Below are positions 13,723 to 25,076 of a stretch of DNA of 64,000 bases, piece by piece (the first letter of the stretch is position 1; each line of letters opens with the position of its first letter). The notes under the pieces are model-generated. The model searched no databases and was not told the DNA's origin. It was given only the letters and a program-made list of their open reading frames with translations. The translations under genes were made by a program, and so were the position numbers. The stretch lies in the NCBI GenBank assembly GCA_002269645.1, contig NIVC01000506.1, positions 372,001 through 436,000 on the forward strand, given 5' to 3'. This DNA comes from Macrostomum lignano. Lineage: Eukaryota.

Positions 13723-14090
13723 GGGAAGAGAGGAAAGAGGACAGAGGAGAAAGGAGAGATAAGTGATTAGGGAGGACAGAGGAGAATGGAGAGAGAAGAG
13801 AAAAAAGAAGAGAGGGAGAGAATATAGAAAAGACAATAGAGAAGACAATAGAAGAGAGGAGAAAGGAAACAGAGGAGTCAGAAGAGGGGAAAGAAAAGAG
13901 TACAGAGGAGAGAGTTGAGAAGAGAGAAGAAGAGAAGAAGGGAGAGGAGAAGAGAGAGAAAAGAGTAGAGAGGAGAGAGGAAAGAAGAGAGGAGAGGAGA
14001 AACGAGAGAGAAGAGAGGAAACAGAAGAGAAGATAGAAGTTTCAAATGATCCAAGGGACGTAGGGAGAGGCAGAGGCAGAGGGTCAGAGT
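13723..14090. repeat. GA-rich low-complexity tract inside the piggyBac 3' non-coding region
   Basis: Purine-only stretch. Confidence 0.85.
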
Positions 14091-15427
14091 TCGCCAACAG
14101 ACAGACAGACAGAAAGTGCTTTAGACAGATTGCCTGACATTCTGTGCAGCACCCTTTAACTTTAACTTTAATTAACAGGTTTAGACTTGAGTTCTGGGCT
14201 TGACTATTTGTCTGCGAGTCAGCTTGTTATTGTTGACTGTGTTCAACCTTAACGTGCACTTTCGTTAATGGCTTTCTGAATATTCTAAAAAGCTTACTGT
14301 TTGAATTCAGTTAGGTGTCGTTGTAATGCTTATGTTCCTGAATCTTTCCTAAGCTTTTTCTGTATTTTTCATGAAAATGTGCATCTTAGCTCGTATGTTG
14401 TGGTTATCGGATTGTTTTTATAGTTGTTTTTTTTTACTCTGTTTCACACCCCTTATTGCATTCTCTCGAACTCTTGAACAGTCATACTGTTGCAACACCG
14501 GTATATCAGGTCAATCAACGCACGCTTGCTGGCTCGATTGGTTTTCACATCATTTCACGTTTTCTTTTTATCAAATATATACACAATTCCCTATTATGTT
14601 CTGCTCTATCTGTTGAAAAAAAAATATTTTTGTCTTTCGACAAAAACCATGGCATGAAAACGGTCCATATCAGTCTGCAATGGCTGTGCTATCTACTCGA
14701 AAGGTGATGCGAACATGAACTATAAATAATCGTCAGCCGGGTGCGGTTTTGCTGGCTTGGCACGATATCGTGCCATTAGTCTCGTCGTGGAGCGCAAAAA
14801 ATGTCTATGGCACGATTTCGGTCCAACCCGTCGGGAACGGGTGTGTTGAGCTAGTAGGCTAGTCAGGAAAGAGTTTTACGATAGACCGAGGCACTCGGCC
14901 AGTTAAATTCAAAATTTAGCTAGTACATTATCTCTTGCTCTGATGTGGCATAGTTGATTATCTTCAAAGCTAAGTTTGTTAAAATATATTTAATATAGTT
15001 TAAGTAAACAAACAAAGCCAGTATTGCAGGCTCTACATGCATTTTAAGGATTTTAAGAGCAAAAAATTCGCATCCCGGTAGCACGGATTTTAATAAAACG
15101 TGACGATCTATAAAAGAGACTTGCAAGCAAGAAAGTGCCTCGTTAACAAAGTGAAGCACGTCGATTGAACAGGGACAGTTTTATTGGGTGTCAAGAAAAC
15201 CGACAATATACACTATTTTAGAACAATTAACAATCCGAGTTTTTTCGGCTCTCCACTTCCGCTCACCCGATTTTACTTTAATTGCCGGTTAAATTAGGGG
15301 GAACCAATAACTGCTTCAATAATGATATACTATCATTAAACACAAAACATCAGCCCAAGTCACAAAGTTGACAACAAAGCAAATAATCTCGCGACCAGGT
15401 TCTCGCTATCAGCTTCCTGCTAACATT

Positions 15428-16002
15428 TACCAGCTACCAGCTACCAGCTACCAGCTAACAGCTACCAGCTAACAGCTACCAGCTAACAGCTACCAGCTAC
15501 CAGCTACCAGCTAACAGCTAACAGCTAACAGCTACCAGCTACCAGCTACCAGCTACCAGCTAACAGCTACCAGCTAACAGCTACCAGCTAACAGCTACCA
15601 GCTACCAGCTACCAGCTACCAGCTACCAGCTAACAGCTACCAGCTAACAGCTACCAGCTAACAGCTACCAGCTACCAGCTACCAGCTAACAGCTACCAGC
15701 TAACAGCTACCAGCTACCAGATACCAGCTACCAGCTAACAGCTACCAGCTACCAGCTAAAAGCTACCAGCTACCAGCTACCAGCTACCAGCTACCAGTTA
15801 CCAGCTAACAGCTAACAGCTACCAGCTTCCTGCTAACAGCTACCAGCTACCAGCTACCAGCTACCAGCTACCAGCTACCAGCTACCAGCTTCCTGCTAAC
15901 AACTACCAGCTAACAGCTAACAGCTACCAGCTACCAGTTACCAGCTACCAGCCACCAGTTACCAGCTAACAGCTAACAGCTACCAGCTAACAGCTACCAG
16001 CC
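15428..16002. repeat. Heptamer satellite (TACCAGC / TAACAGC)n; reverse complement of the 7588-8543 family
   Basis: Direct reading. Confidence 0.95.
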
Positions 16003-16041
16003 CAGCCCAATTCAGTCTATCTGTGCCTTTTGTGTAAGAAT

Positions 16042-16120
16042 CCTAACCCTTCCCTAGACCCCAAACCCTAACCCTAATCCTAACCCTAACCCCAACCCTA
16101 ACCCTAACCCTAACCCTAAC
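16042..16120. repeat. Degenerate (CCCTAA)n telomere-like interstitial repeat
   Basis: About 13 units, several perfect CCCTAA. Confidence 0.8.
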
Positions 16121-18551
16121 ACAAACTGAACCCAAATTTTTTCCTGTCTTCGTTTTCATATAATTTAGCCAATCTTTTCTTTTCACTTTTTTGATCACCA
16201 GCTTTTTATCTCTGCAGGAATCGCTTTTGCAAGTTTGAAAGTTCACCTCGTCAAAATTGTTTAAGCTGCGTGCTAGCGGAAGTGGCTTCGTTCGTAGCTT
16301 TTTATCTGGATGCTTTTTTGCTGAATCCCTACCTTTCGCGGCTCATTGGTCGCAATGGGCGCGTGTCTTTTAATGTGCGCACCCGACAGTCGCACATCCA
16401 GAATAACTTTGCGCGACAGTCATGCAAGCTGGACTCGAATGTCAAAGGAGTCAGCAAAGTCAAGAAAATTTTTCTAAGCAAAAATAAATTCTGTCCACCT
16501 GACTACAGATTTTCAGAGCAATATCGAAATCTGCCAACCCCGCAGGAGTCGAATGACAAAGCAAGCATCCAACTCACGAGACAAAATATTCTCGATAAAA
16601 ATGTTACATTTCTAAAACAATTCCAAATTTGAGCTTATTTCACGGAAGTGAAGTGGCTAAAGAAAAAACAATTTTTGTTTTTCAATTCAAGTTTTCCTCT
16701 CTAAAGTAGATTTGAAGTTTTCCTTCTTGCACCCCATCCAGGGAGAGTTTCGATTGTGGACAGATTTTTTTTTAACAAAAATTAATTTCTGGTGATGCCA
16801 GTTCATTATTGCTTGCGGAATTGCTTTATGAAAAATCAAACATTTTCAGCTTTGCTTTCAGGCGGAGCGCGGCTGCTGGTGGACGCGCAAGATCGGGAAC
16901 TGGAGATTCTTGCGCTGCCAGGGCACACTTTTCTTGAAAGGGGCACTGTAAGGGCTTCCCCCTCCCCCTGTTTTTCCTGCGCTTCTGCTTCACAGCTTCA
17001 CTTCCTCAGACGCCTTCGGCACTTGCTGCAGGGTACAGAAGAGGCGTTGCTCACCCCCAGTGCATGGCTGCTTTCTGGAGACCAGAATGACTGCTTCCGA
17101 CTTTGAAGCGGGCAGCCTTTGTTTACAGCTAAGAAAATGCAAATGAAGCGAATATCGACTCACCCATGAGCAACGTTTGGGACAGCTCAGCTTAGATGCG
17201 CGTTCTATAGATCGATCGGGTTTCTCCCCTTAAGGCGACTCCGTGCTTGCGAGAATTCGAACACTTGTAGGGAGCATAAAAGTGCTTCTGCGTATTTATA
17301 AGCCCCTCGGCTAAGCCTTCGCACTGGCCGAAAACTCAGCAGCCAATGGGACGCCGAGGCATTTCCCAATCGGACAAACCCGAGGGCGGTCACAGACCTC
17401 CTCTGCTTGCTGATCCTTGCAACGTTTTTCCTGAGCATGAGACTCGTCTGGGCAAAGCAAACGGATTCTGTCAGCTTCCATTGCAGACTAGGGATGAGAA
17501 TAGAAATTGTCTCGCCACGTCAAGCCTGCTTGCAGGTGGAGCCAACCTGTGCGCCAATAAGTCAGTGAATTCGCTCGCGTACTTCCAATACACTGGTTGA
17601 AATTACTGCTGCCTTTATTCATGAACAAAATGCTATTGATTTTTTTGCTTTTATCGACGACAAGAAGAGACGCCCCGATCTCAGTCAGATTAAGCTGAGG
17701 ATGAAGCACACCTAAGACACGAACTGGGCAGCTGTAGAATTATCTATCTCAAAGCACAGCAAGCCCTGGTTGAGCTTACCTGATTGCGTAAACACATGTC
17801 AATCAGATGAGACTGCGGCTACTCAAGGTGGGAAAAGTACAGCCCAGGTTTTGTTACCGTTTGAACCAAAATACACAGAGCCGCTAGGAGAGATGCTGAA
17901 CGCTGCAGACAAACATTACTGAGGGCTGTGAGCAACCGTTGTAATGGATGTAATTGACATTCTGAGTAGCCTTCAGCAGAACGCATTCGCGTTAATTGGG
18001 AGTTGCAGTTTGCGTATCATCCACGGCGAGAAAGCTGCTCAAGCAAGGGTGGCTGAGACAAAGTGCATTGGACTTTTATTGACAGAGTCTCAGCTTTCTG
18101 TCAGCATTGCCTTGTGCACGTCAGGTGGACAGCATTGCAGAACATCTCAACATGGGCGGACTTTTATCATACGCAGCAGTTTACTCAATTTTGTCGCCAT
18201 GGAAAACTGAACTGCGCTACACTTGATTTTTATTAGAAATAAGTCATATTTTTCGTATTTTCATTGCATTTCTGAATAGCATGCTCTTTTCACCTATCTG
18301 ATTCAGACAAGAGGTTTTCAGAGTTTATACAATGCATACAGTTGGGGTATTATCCCCATCATCTAGGGCAGCGGGATCCTTCTCTGGGAAAGAGCCACTG
18401 CAATGCAGGGTGGCTTCGGCTTTGGGAGAAAAAAAGATTTTCCACAATATCTTTCAACGCTTGCAGCATCTGTTAGAGGAGAGCTTGAAAGCAGACGGCT
18501 TCTGCTGCCACTGCTGTATGTGAAATGGGTGACTACTGTCTACAGCTTGCA

Positions 18552-18552
<1 letters not shown>

Positions 18553-18600
<48 letters not shown>

Positions 18601-18624
18601 GTCGTGTCTGTCTGTCTGTCTTAG

Positions 18625-18656
<32 letters not shown>

Positions 18657-18665
18657 GGTCTGTCG

Positions 18666-18747
<82 letters not shown>

Positions 18748-18748
18748 A

Positions 18749-18783
<35 letters not shown>

Positions 18784-18808
18784 ATGTCTGTCTGTCTGTC
18801 TGTGTCTG
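18553..18808. repeat. (TCTG)n microsatellite
   Basis: Direct reading. Confidence 0.95.
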
Positions 18809-19812
18809 TCCTAAACCTACCATTCCTTACCGGTTCCGATTCCTATTAATTATTAAAGAATAGTTAATTTTCGAACCGTTGGATTTTACGTTTCGCGGTT
18901 ATTTAGATAAGCTGCGTGTAGCGAAAGAAAATATTTTGTGCCGTTTATTGCTAGCTATCAAATATTATAAATGTTTTTCAGAATACTCCCAGAACTATGT
19001 TGCAACACAGGATAATTGTCAAAAGTGCAACTTCGACATATTTTCGATAAATGTCGTGAGTTTTGTGGTCAAATGCCGGGGGCCATAGCCTGTGGTCTTA
19101 GCGCGGCGCTCTGATATGCCAAAGGAAGCAACTCTCATTTTCAGCAGTGGATTTTGTGGTGCGCCGTGTAACACTGTAGAGCCCTGCTTGAGATTTGAAA
19201 GCCAGCGCGAAGTTATCTCATCGCAACCAGGCACTCGGGCAAACACCATTATCTGGAGAAGCTGGCACGTAAAGCTGATCACACACATCCCCGCTCGCCT
19301 TCTCTTGCTCACTTTTTAAAAGCGCCCCTGTCTTCTAAAAGAACTTTTAGCCGGAGCAGACAAAGCAGAGGCAACCTGGCAAGACGGGTTGAACGGGGAT
19401 GGAACAGTTGCTGCTGGTCTTCTACAGCGGAAGAGAAATTGTCAGCGCAAATCGCGCACCCACTGTGCTGCAGCAGCCTTATGTGCGACAGTGAAGTTTC
19501 ACTGGCACAGGCTGGCCGGCATATTTGGGCAGCGCCATGCCAATCAGACCGAGAAATCTCTCGTATGCTGCAAGATGCTGCAGGCATGTGTTTATGCTTA
19601 TTAATCAGCGCTTACTGGCAGCTCTCTTTAAATCTGGGGCGGGGGTCAACAGAGGCCGAAAATTGACCAGTTGCCAATGGAAATATGCGGACTCTGACTA
19701 TCCGATGTGCAGGTCGCACGGTATAAGCGAAATTAAACAGTAACGAAGCTTTCTGCAGCCTTATTAATTTTTCAACGCGACCAGCACCAGCCAAAGCGAG
19801 CAAGCTGAAAAG

Positions 19813-21741
19813 ATGTTCATGCTAGGCAAGGCGATGCGGCACCGGCGCGAGTATCTGGATCTGTGCGACATTGAAAAGCCGCTTGAGCTGAAGACGATTG
19901 AGAAGACCGTGCTGAAGAACTTTGACAGCATCTGCCTGCAGCTCAATAAACCGGAGTTGAAGTCTCAGCGGCAGCCCAACTTGCTGGCTACAATTCCGAA
20001 GCTGTCCCAGCTTCTTCGCGACATCTGGAACCGAGGCGAGGAGCTGGGCGATGACCTGAGCGGCAACAACTACTGGCGAACCATGCTGAGAACCCTAACC
20101 GATCAGAGCTGCGACTTGTCCTGTCTCGTCCGCGAGCACGCGAAGGAAATCGAAAAGCCGGGCACCCAGGCGAGTCAGCAATACTTTCAATGGTCGCTGA
20201 GCCTGTTCTGCATTCAACTCGAGCTGGAGGCCATGTTCCCGAACCGGCGCTATTCCACATACAAAATCGAGTGCTCCGCGGCCGCAGCCGATTGGTGGAA
20301 GCGCCATTTCGGCCGAAGCGACTTGGTCACGTGGCACGACTTCCAGTTTGCGCTGAGCAAGCGGTTCAACATCAAGTCCTTGGCTGAGGCCTACGACCTC
20401 AAGCAGGAGGTGAACATCACAGGAAGCGACCACGTATCCGCGTACGAGTTCGATGTGTTTGCCCGCCTCTTTGCGCCCTGGGGCGACCAGACGATCGACC
20501 TCTGGCGAACCATAGTCAAAGACCATCCGGCTTTTGTCAGGCTGCGTTTCCGCGAAGTCAAGAGCCTGCTGAGAGGACAGCGGCCTTACAGCTACCTGTT
20601 TCGGAGGTCCACCAACACCCCGTCGGTGTGGTCCATTGGCTACATCAACGATGCGGGAGCTGTCACTCAGATCCTTGTAAAGCCAGACAAGACCATCGTC
20701 GAAGCGCTGACGGAGTGCACCGAGCTCGGCTTCCTGCTGTTCCCAGCCGGCAAGGACACCTGCTTTGCGCCGAGTCTCGAGGCTTTCCGACAGGTCAGTG
20801 TCGAAGATCTGCAACTGAAAAAGCAGCAAAAACGCCAAAGCAAACTACAGAAGCAGCAAGACAAGCAGCCTGACGAGATCTACGTTGTGGCACCAGAGTT
20901 GCAGTGCAGCTTGTGCTCCCAGCGCTCCGACGAGGTGACCTCCATGGAATCCTGCGAGCACATTTTATGCGATATCTGCTTCGACCGGTTCGTCCAGCCA
21001 AAGCTGTACGATCTTGGCAGCAGCCGGGGAAGCCTGAAGCTTTTCTGTCCGGTGTGCCTCGGGGTCAACGATGCCGCGTCACCTGTTAAGGAGGTGGACC
21101 TGATCTGCCTGGACGACGAATTTCAAGCTCCGGTGGTGGCACCAAATGCCGAAGGAGCCGCGTCCTTGGCCTGGCTGGAGTACCCTCTGGCCGACTTCGA
21201 TCCAATTCTGACGCCTGTAAAGCTAACAGGAGAAAGCAAAAGAGAGGCGGAGCGGCCTGAAGTTGAGGCTCTCTACGATAAGCCGGTCAAGCCTTCCAAA
21301 AAACCGTCTGGCGAGACACCACGGAGTGATATCGAGGCTCTCTACGATAAGCCAGTCAAGCCTTCCAAGAAACCGTCTGGCCAGACACCACGGAGTGATA
21401 TCGAGGCTCTCTACGATAAGCCGGTCAAGCCTTCCAAGAAACCGTCTGGCGAGGCACCACAAAAGGAGCAAGAAAGCGCAGCAAAGGACGCGTACTCGCT
21501 GCTTTCAAACAGCAGTTCAAAGCTCCCGGCTGCAGCCGAGCCGCAGCAGCAGAATCAGCCAGGTGGTTACCTGTTCTACGGCAGCGAGGAGGAGGTGCGC
21601 CGCCTACTCAGCCTCGTTCCAGGCCTGAAGTTCGTGCGGCTCCAAGATCTTCCCAAAGGCTGCGAGATGCTGCCTCAGCAATGCAGCTCAAACTCGGTCG
21701 ATGGACTCTACAGCCAAATTTGGGATGGCAAGAGCGGCTGA
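19813..21741 (+). CDS. CBL: Intronless divergent Cbl-family E3 ubiquitin ligase (TKB: 4-helix, EF-hand, SH2-like; C3HC4 RING; Tyr-repeat tail), 642 aa
   Basis: Matches recalled Cbl motifs: LELEAMFP, WWKRHFG, VSAYEFDVFARLFAPW, HPAFV, YLFRRST...WSIGY, GFLLFPAGK; RING CSLC...CEHILCDIC...CPVC. Confidence 0.9.
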   Translation: MFMLGKAMRHRREYLDLCDIEKPLELKTIEKTVLKNFDSICLQLNKPELKSQRQPNLLATIPKLSQLLRDIWNRGEELGDDLSGNNYWRTMLRTLTDQSCDLSCLVREHAKEIEKPGTQASQQYFQWSLSLFCIQLELEAMFPNRRYSTYKIECSAAAADWWKRHFGRSDLVTWHDFQFALSKRFNIKSLAEAYDLKQEVNITGSDHVSAYEFDVFARLFAPWGDQTIDLWRTIVKDHPAFVRLRFREVKSLLRGQRPYSYLFRRSTNTPSVWSIGYINDAGAVTQILVKPDKTIVEALTECTELGFLLFPAGKDTCFAPSLEAFRQVSVEDLQLKKQQKRQSKLQKQQDKQPDEIYVVAPELQCSLCSQRSDEVTSMESCEHILCDICFDRFVQPKLYDLGSSRGSLKLFCPVCLGVNDAASPVKEVDLICLDDEFQAPVVAPNAEGAASLAWLEYPLADFDPILTPVKLTGESKREAERPEVEALYDKPVKPSKKPSGETPRSDIEALYDKPVKPSKKPSGQTPRSDIEALYDKPVKPSKKPSGEAPQKEQESAAKDAYSLLSNSSSKLPAAAEPQQQNQPGGYLFYGSEEEVRRLLSLVPGLKFVRLQDLPKGCEMLPQQCSSNSVDGLYSQIWDGKSG

Positions 21742-22085
21742 CGCGACGCCTGGCTCTTCAAAAATTCTAATAATCTACTCGAGCGCCAATAGTTACTGAA
21801 ATTTGCACTATAACTGTAATTTTCCTGACTAGTAATTTCTATAACTCTAGTCCGACAGCTAGAGAAAGAAAGCATCGCGAAAAATAGAACTTTCTGCTGC
21901 ATGCACCTGCCATTCCTTGGTTCAGCTTGCAGGCAATAACTTGCAATTTATGCTGTGATTGCTGCGCTAATCTTCCCGACAACAGCAAAGCATCTGATTC
22001 TCACTCTCACCTGCCTGCTGTGTCCCCAGCTCATTGTAAAACTTGTTTACATCCCTCAGCTGCGGATGCCTTGACTGCGGATGGC

Positions 22086-22608
22086 TGGGTGCTAGGCTGG
22101 GTGCTAGGCTGGGTGCTAGGCTAGGTGCTAGTCTGGGTGCTAGGCTAGGTGCTAGGCTAGGTGCTAGGCTGGGTGCTAGGCTGGGTGCTAGGCTAGGTGC
22201 TAGGCTAGGTGCTAGGCTGGGTGCTAGGCTAGGTGCTAGGCTGGGTGCTAGGCTAGGTGCTAGGCTAGGTGCTAGGCTGGGTGCTAGGCTAGGTGCTAGT
22301 AGGCTGGGTGCTAGGCTGGGTGCTAGGCTGGGTGCTAGGCTAGGTGCTAGGCTAGGTGCTAGGCTGGGTGCTAGGCTGGGTGCTAGGCTGGGTGCTAGGC
22401 TGGGTGCTAGGCTAGGTGCTAGGCTAGGTGCTAGGCTGGGTGCTAGGCTAGGTGCTAGTAGGCTAGGTGCTAGGCTGGGTGCTAGGCTGGGTGCTAGGCT
22501 GGGTGCTAGGCTAGGTGCTAGGCTAGGTGCTAGGCTGGGTGCTAGGCTGGGTGCTAGGCTAGGCTGGGCGATAGGTTGGGTGCTAGACTGGGTGCTAGGC
22601 TGGGAATT
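22086..22608. repeat. 12-bp minisatellite (GCTAGGCTGGGT / GCTAGGCTAGGT)
   Basis: Direct periodicity; source of ORF 22043..22633. Confidence 0.95.
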
Positions 22609-23727
22609 AGGATCACTATTTGGTACCCACTGAAAAATCTGAAAATAATTTCATGCAGATGTGTCTAGAGCAATGCCTTAAAGCATACATGTATCAGAGG
22701 CCCGAATCATTTTAAATTTTTCTTTTTTTTTCAAACCAAGACTCAATGGAGAGCAATCATCCTAGAGAACAAGCTTGCAAAAGAAACAATTTTAAAATTT
22801 TGTTCAAACAGTCGGCACAATATGGGTAAAAATAGAGACAACATCAAGGGATGCGACAGAAAGATTTGAAACGAAATTCTTGTTGCTGGGCAGAGCAGTT
22901 CGTTATTTGAATTTGAAAAATTTGAAAATGCCGGCAATAACTGACTGCTTCCAGAGAGTGACTTCCGATCGAATGCTCGGCTTCTAAGCCTGCGACAAAT
23001 GCCGCAGTCTTCAAACGCAAAAGAAATTTCCATTGAAATCGGAATGTTGAAGAGAATGAGTTGCAATGTTGTTTAAATCCCACTAAAAATTTTTTTGTTG
23101 ACGTCCTAGGTCTCTAGGCTTTTTAAAGCTACATGGCCCGTAGCAAGCTTGTAAAGCCGCCCACGCTTGTAATAACAATTATTTTTTTCAGAAAGGCTGC
23201 AGCCGCCCTGGCGCAAAGCCTTCGGCGACATCACAACCTCTAAAACCAGCACTAGCGGCAATCAGCACTCAGCACTGAGTGTGAATTGCACGAGTCACGA
23301 CAAATCCCGCATGAGAAAAGACAGGAATAATATCGACAACAGATTGACTGACAACAATGAATAATGTAACACCTGTCATCCTTTGAAGCCAACAATACAA
23401 TCCCGCAAAGCAAACTTTCAGGCATCAACTCAAATCCGCTCTGTTTGACGCCCACCAGACAAACTAAACTGAGTGCCCTTTGGACAGCAAAGTTTGAGCT
23501 TTGAGTACAGGATCGCCTGAGAGTTCGCTTACCGGGAATGTCTACCAAAACTCCCATGCTCTCAATAAAATTGATTTAAAATGGCTCAACGAGAAAAATC
23601 TTCACATGAAAACTGCATATGCTGTTAGTCAGTTGTTAAAAAATTGCAGATAGCGACTTCAGCATGCCTCATTTGCTATGCAGGATTATAAGCATGCTTT
23701 TACACATGTCCACAGAGAACTACAGAG

Positions 23728-24556
23728 CTAGTTGCACAAGCTTTCAGAAGCCAAATGGGCGCCTGAGGACATGCTCGCTTGCTTGTCATTGCCACCGACA
23801 CTGGGCTCAGTCAGCGAGTCCAGGGTGTCCTCGTTGAAAGCGATGAGCTTGCTCTCCGAGCCCAGAGCCTGGCGCAGCTCCAGCAGAACTGGCTGCCTGC
23901 CGAACAGCCTGTTGCGCAGCATCCGGATGAAGAAGAAGGTGCGCTCGCTGAACTCGGCAACGTTCAGCATCAGGATGTAGCGATTATCAACGTCATGCTC
24001 AGTGACTTGGCTGACCACGGATGACAGAACGCCAATCACGAAGTTGATCGACAGCACCGGCACGAACACGACGAACAGCAGGTGCATCGCATTCAGATCG
24101 ACGTTTTTATCGTCCGGCAAAAACTTGTCGGTCTCCAGAACGTTTAGCGAAATGAGAAACGTTCGATAGAAGGCCTTGAAAAACTCGGTCAGTGAGTCGG
24201 GGCGCGTGCCGAGAGTCGCATTGCCGCTGAGCTCAGTGGCCGAAAAAGCAAAACTTGATTGGAACATGCGCGCAAACATGGCCATCATCAACAGGTACAG
24301 CAGCATGAATGCTGTGAACGAGCCGAGACTGTTGTAGAAGCTGCTCATCAGGGTGGTCACAGGCGGACACAGGCGCATGAAGCAAACCACGGAGAACACG
24401 TTGGCCATGAGAAACATGATTATGCAGCAGCTGCTCACCGGGTAAATGAACTCGCCGAACATTGAGCAGCTCTGCTCGACAAACACGAACAGCCACAGCA
24501 GGAAAGTGGACACAGGTGTGGCGAGAGCGCTTGGCAGCAGCCAGCCCCTCAGGTCC
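23728..24556 (-). CDS. TRPV-like cation channel, exon 2 (S3-S6, pore, TRP-box region)
   Basis: Acceptor ctacag at 24557-24558 gives an in-frame join (R-D-L-R-G-W). S5 FMLLYLLMMAMFARMF, pore helix FYRTFLISLNVLE, S6 HLLFVVFVPVLSINFVIGVLS. Joined CDS is 1911 nt, 636 aa. Confidence 0.75.
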
Positions 24557-24648
24557 CTGTAGTTCTGTCGTGGAGACTTGGGATAGCCGGCTTTGTGCCT
24601 GTGGTGGTTCGATAGAGTACAGCAAACCGCAAATTAGATACTGCGACT

Positions 24649-24772
24649 ATTTTTTAGAGGAAGGAGCTGCGTGCACCCTGGGAGAACTTTAAGCGACATT
24701 GTCACACAACCGGCGCAGATACGTACGCAGTCATACGAAAAGGCACAAACTCACACAGGAATGTAGACAGCC
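24649..24772 (-). mobile_element. Truncated 3' fragment of SINE family A inside the TRPV intron
   Basis: Shares CGCCGGTTGTGTGACAATGTCGCTTAAAGT...CCAGGGTGCAC with the other copies; has an internal deletion. Confidence 0.8.
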
Positions 24773-25076
24773 TTGACTGGGTGTGTTCTCCCTCTAGATA
24801 CAATATTTACGAAGTTAGCTCGTATAGTTTCTTCCTACCAACTAAACTCAAGTTTTTTAGGCCTTAAAATTCCCAGAATCTGCTGTTTTACTTCTCCCAA
24901 TTAGTTGCGACTTTCGCTGCTGACGGAAGGGTTACACTTTGCTCTGTTTCTTTCTCACTCAAGGATGCTGCACTTCTGAGAAGGCTGCCAGTGTCTTAAT
25001 TGAGCTTTTAATGAGTCACTAGCAGGTTTGGTTTTGCCGCAGAAATAAAATACTGCTTGCTTAACAACACAGGTAT

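Larger units (their letters stand above)
11719..14844 (+). mobile_element. piggyBac-family DNA transposon (inactive) with about 40-bp imperfect terminal inverted repeats
   Basis: Left ACACCCGTTCCCGACGGCTTGGTTCGATTTCGTGCCATAGA (11719-11759) is an imperfect reverse complement of right TCTATGGCACGATTTCGGTCCAACCCGTCGGGAACGGGTGT (14804-14844); they enclose a piggyBac transposase remnant. Confidence 0.85.

Noticed and set aside
22745-23560. AT-rich protein-like fragments, including D-box-like RKAFGDIT near 23210
   Set aside because: Interrupted by stops, no family recognised, and the motif is too short to support a call.
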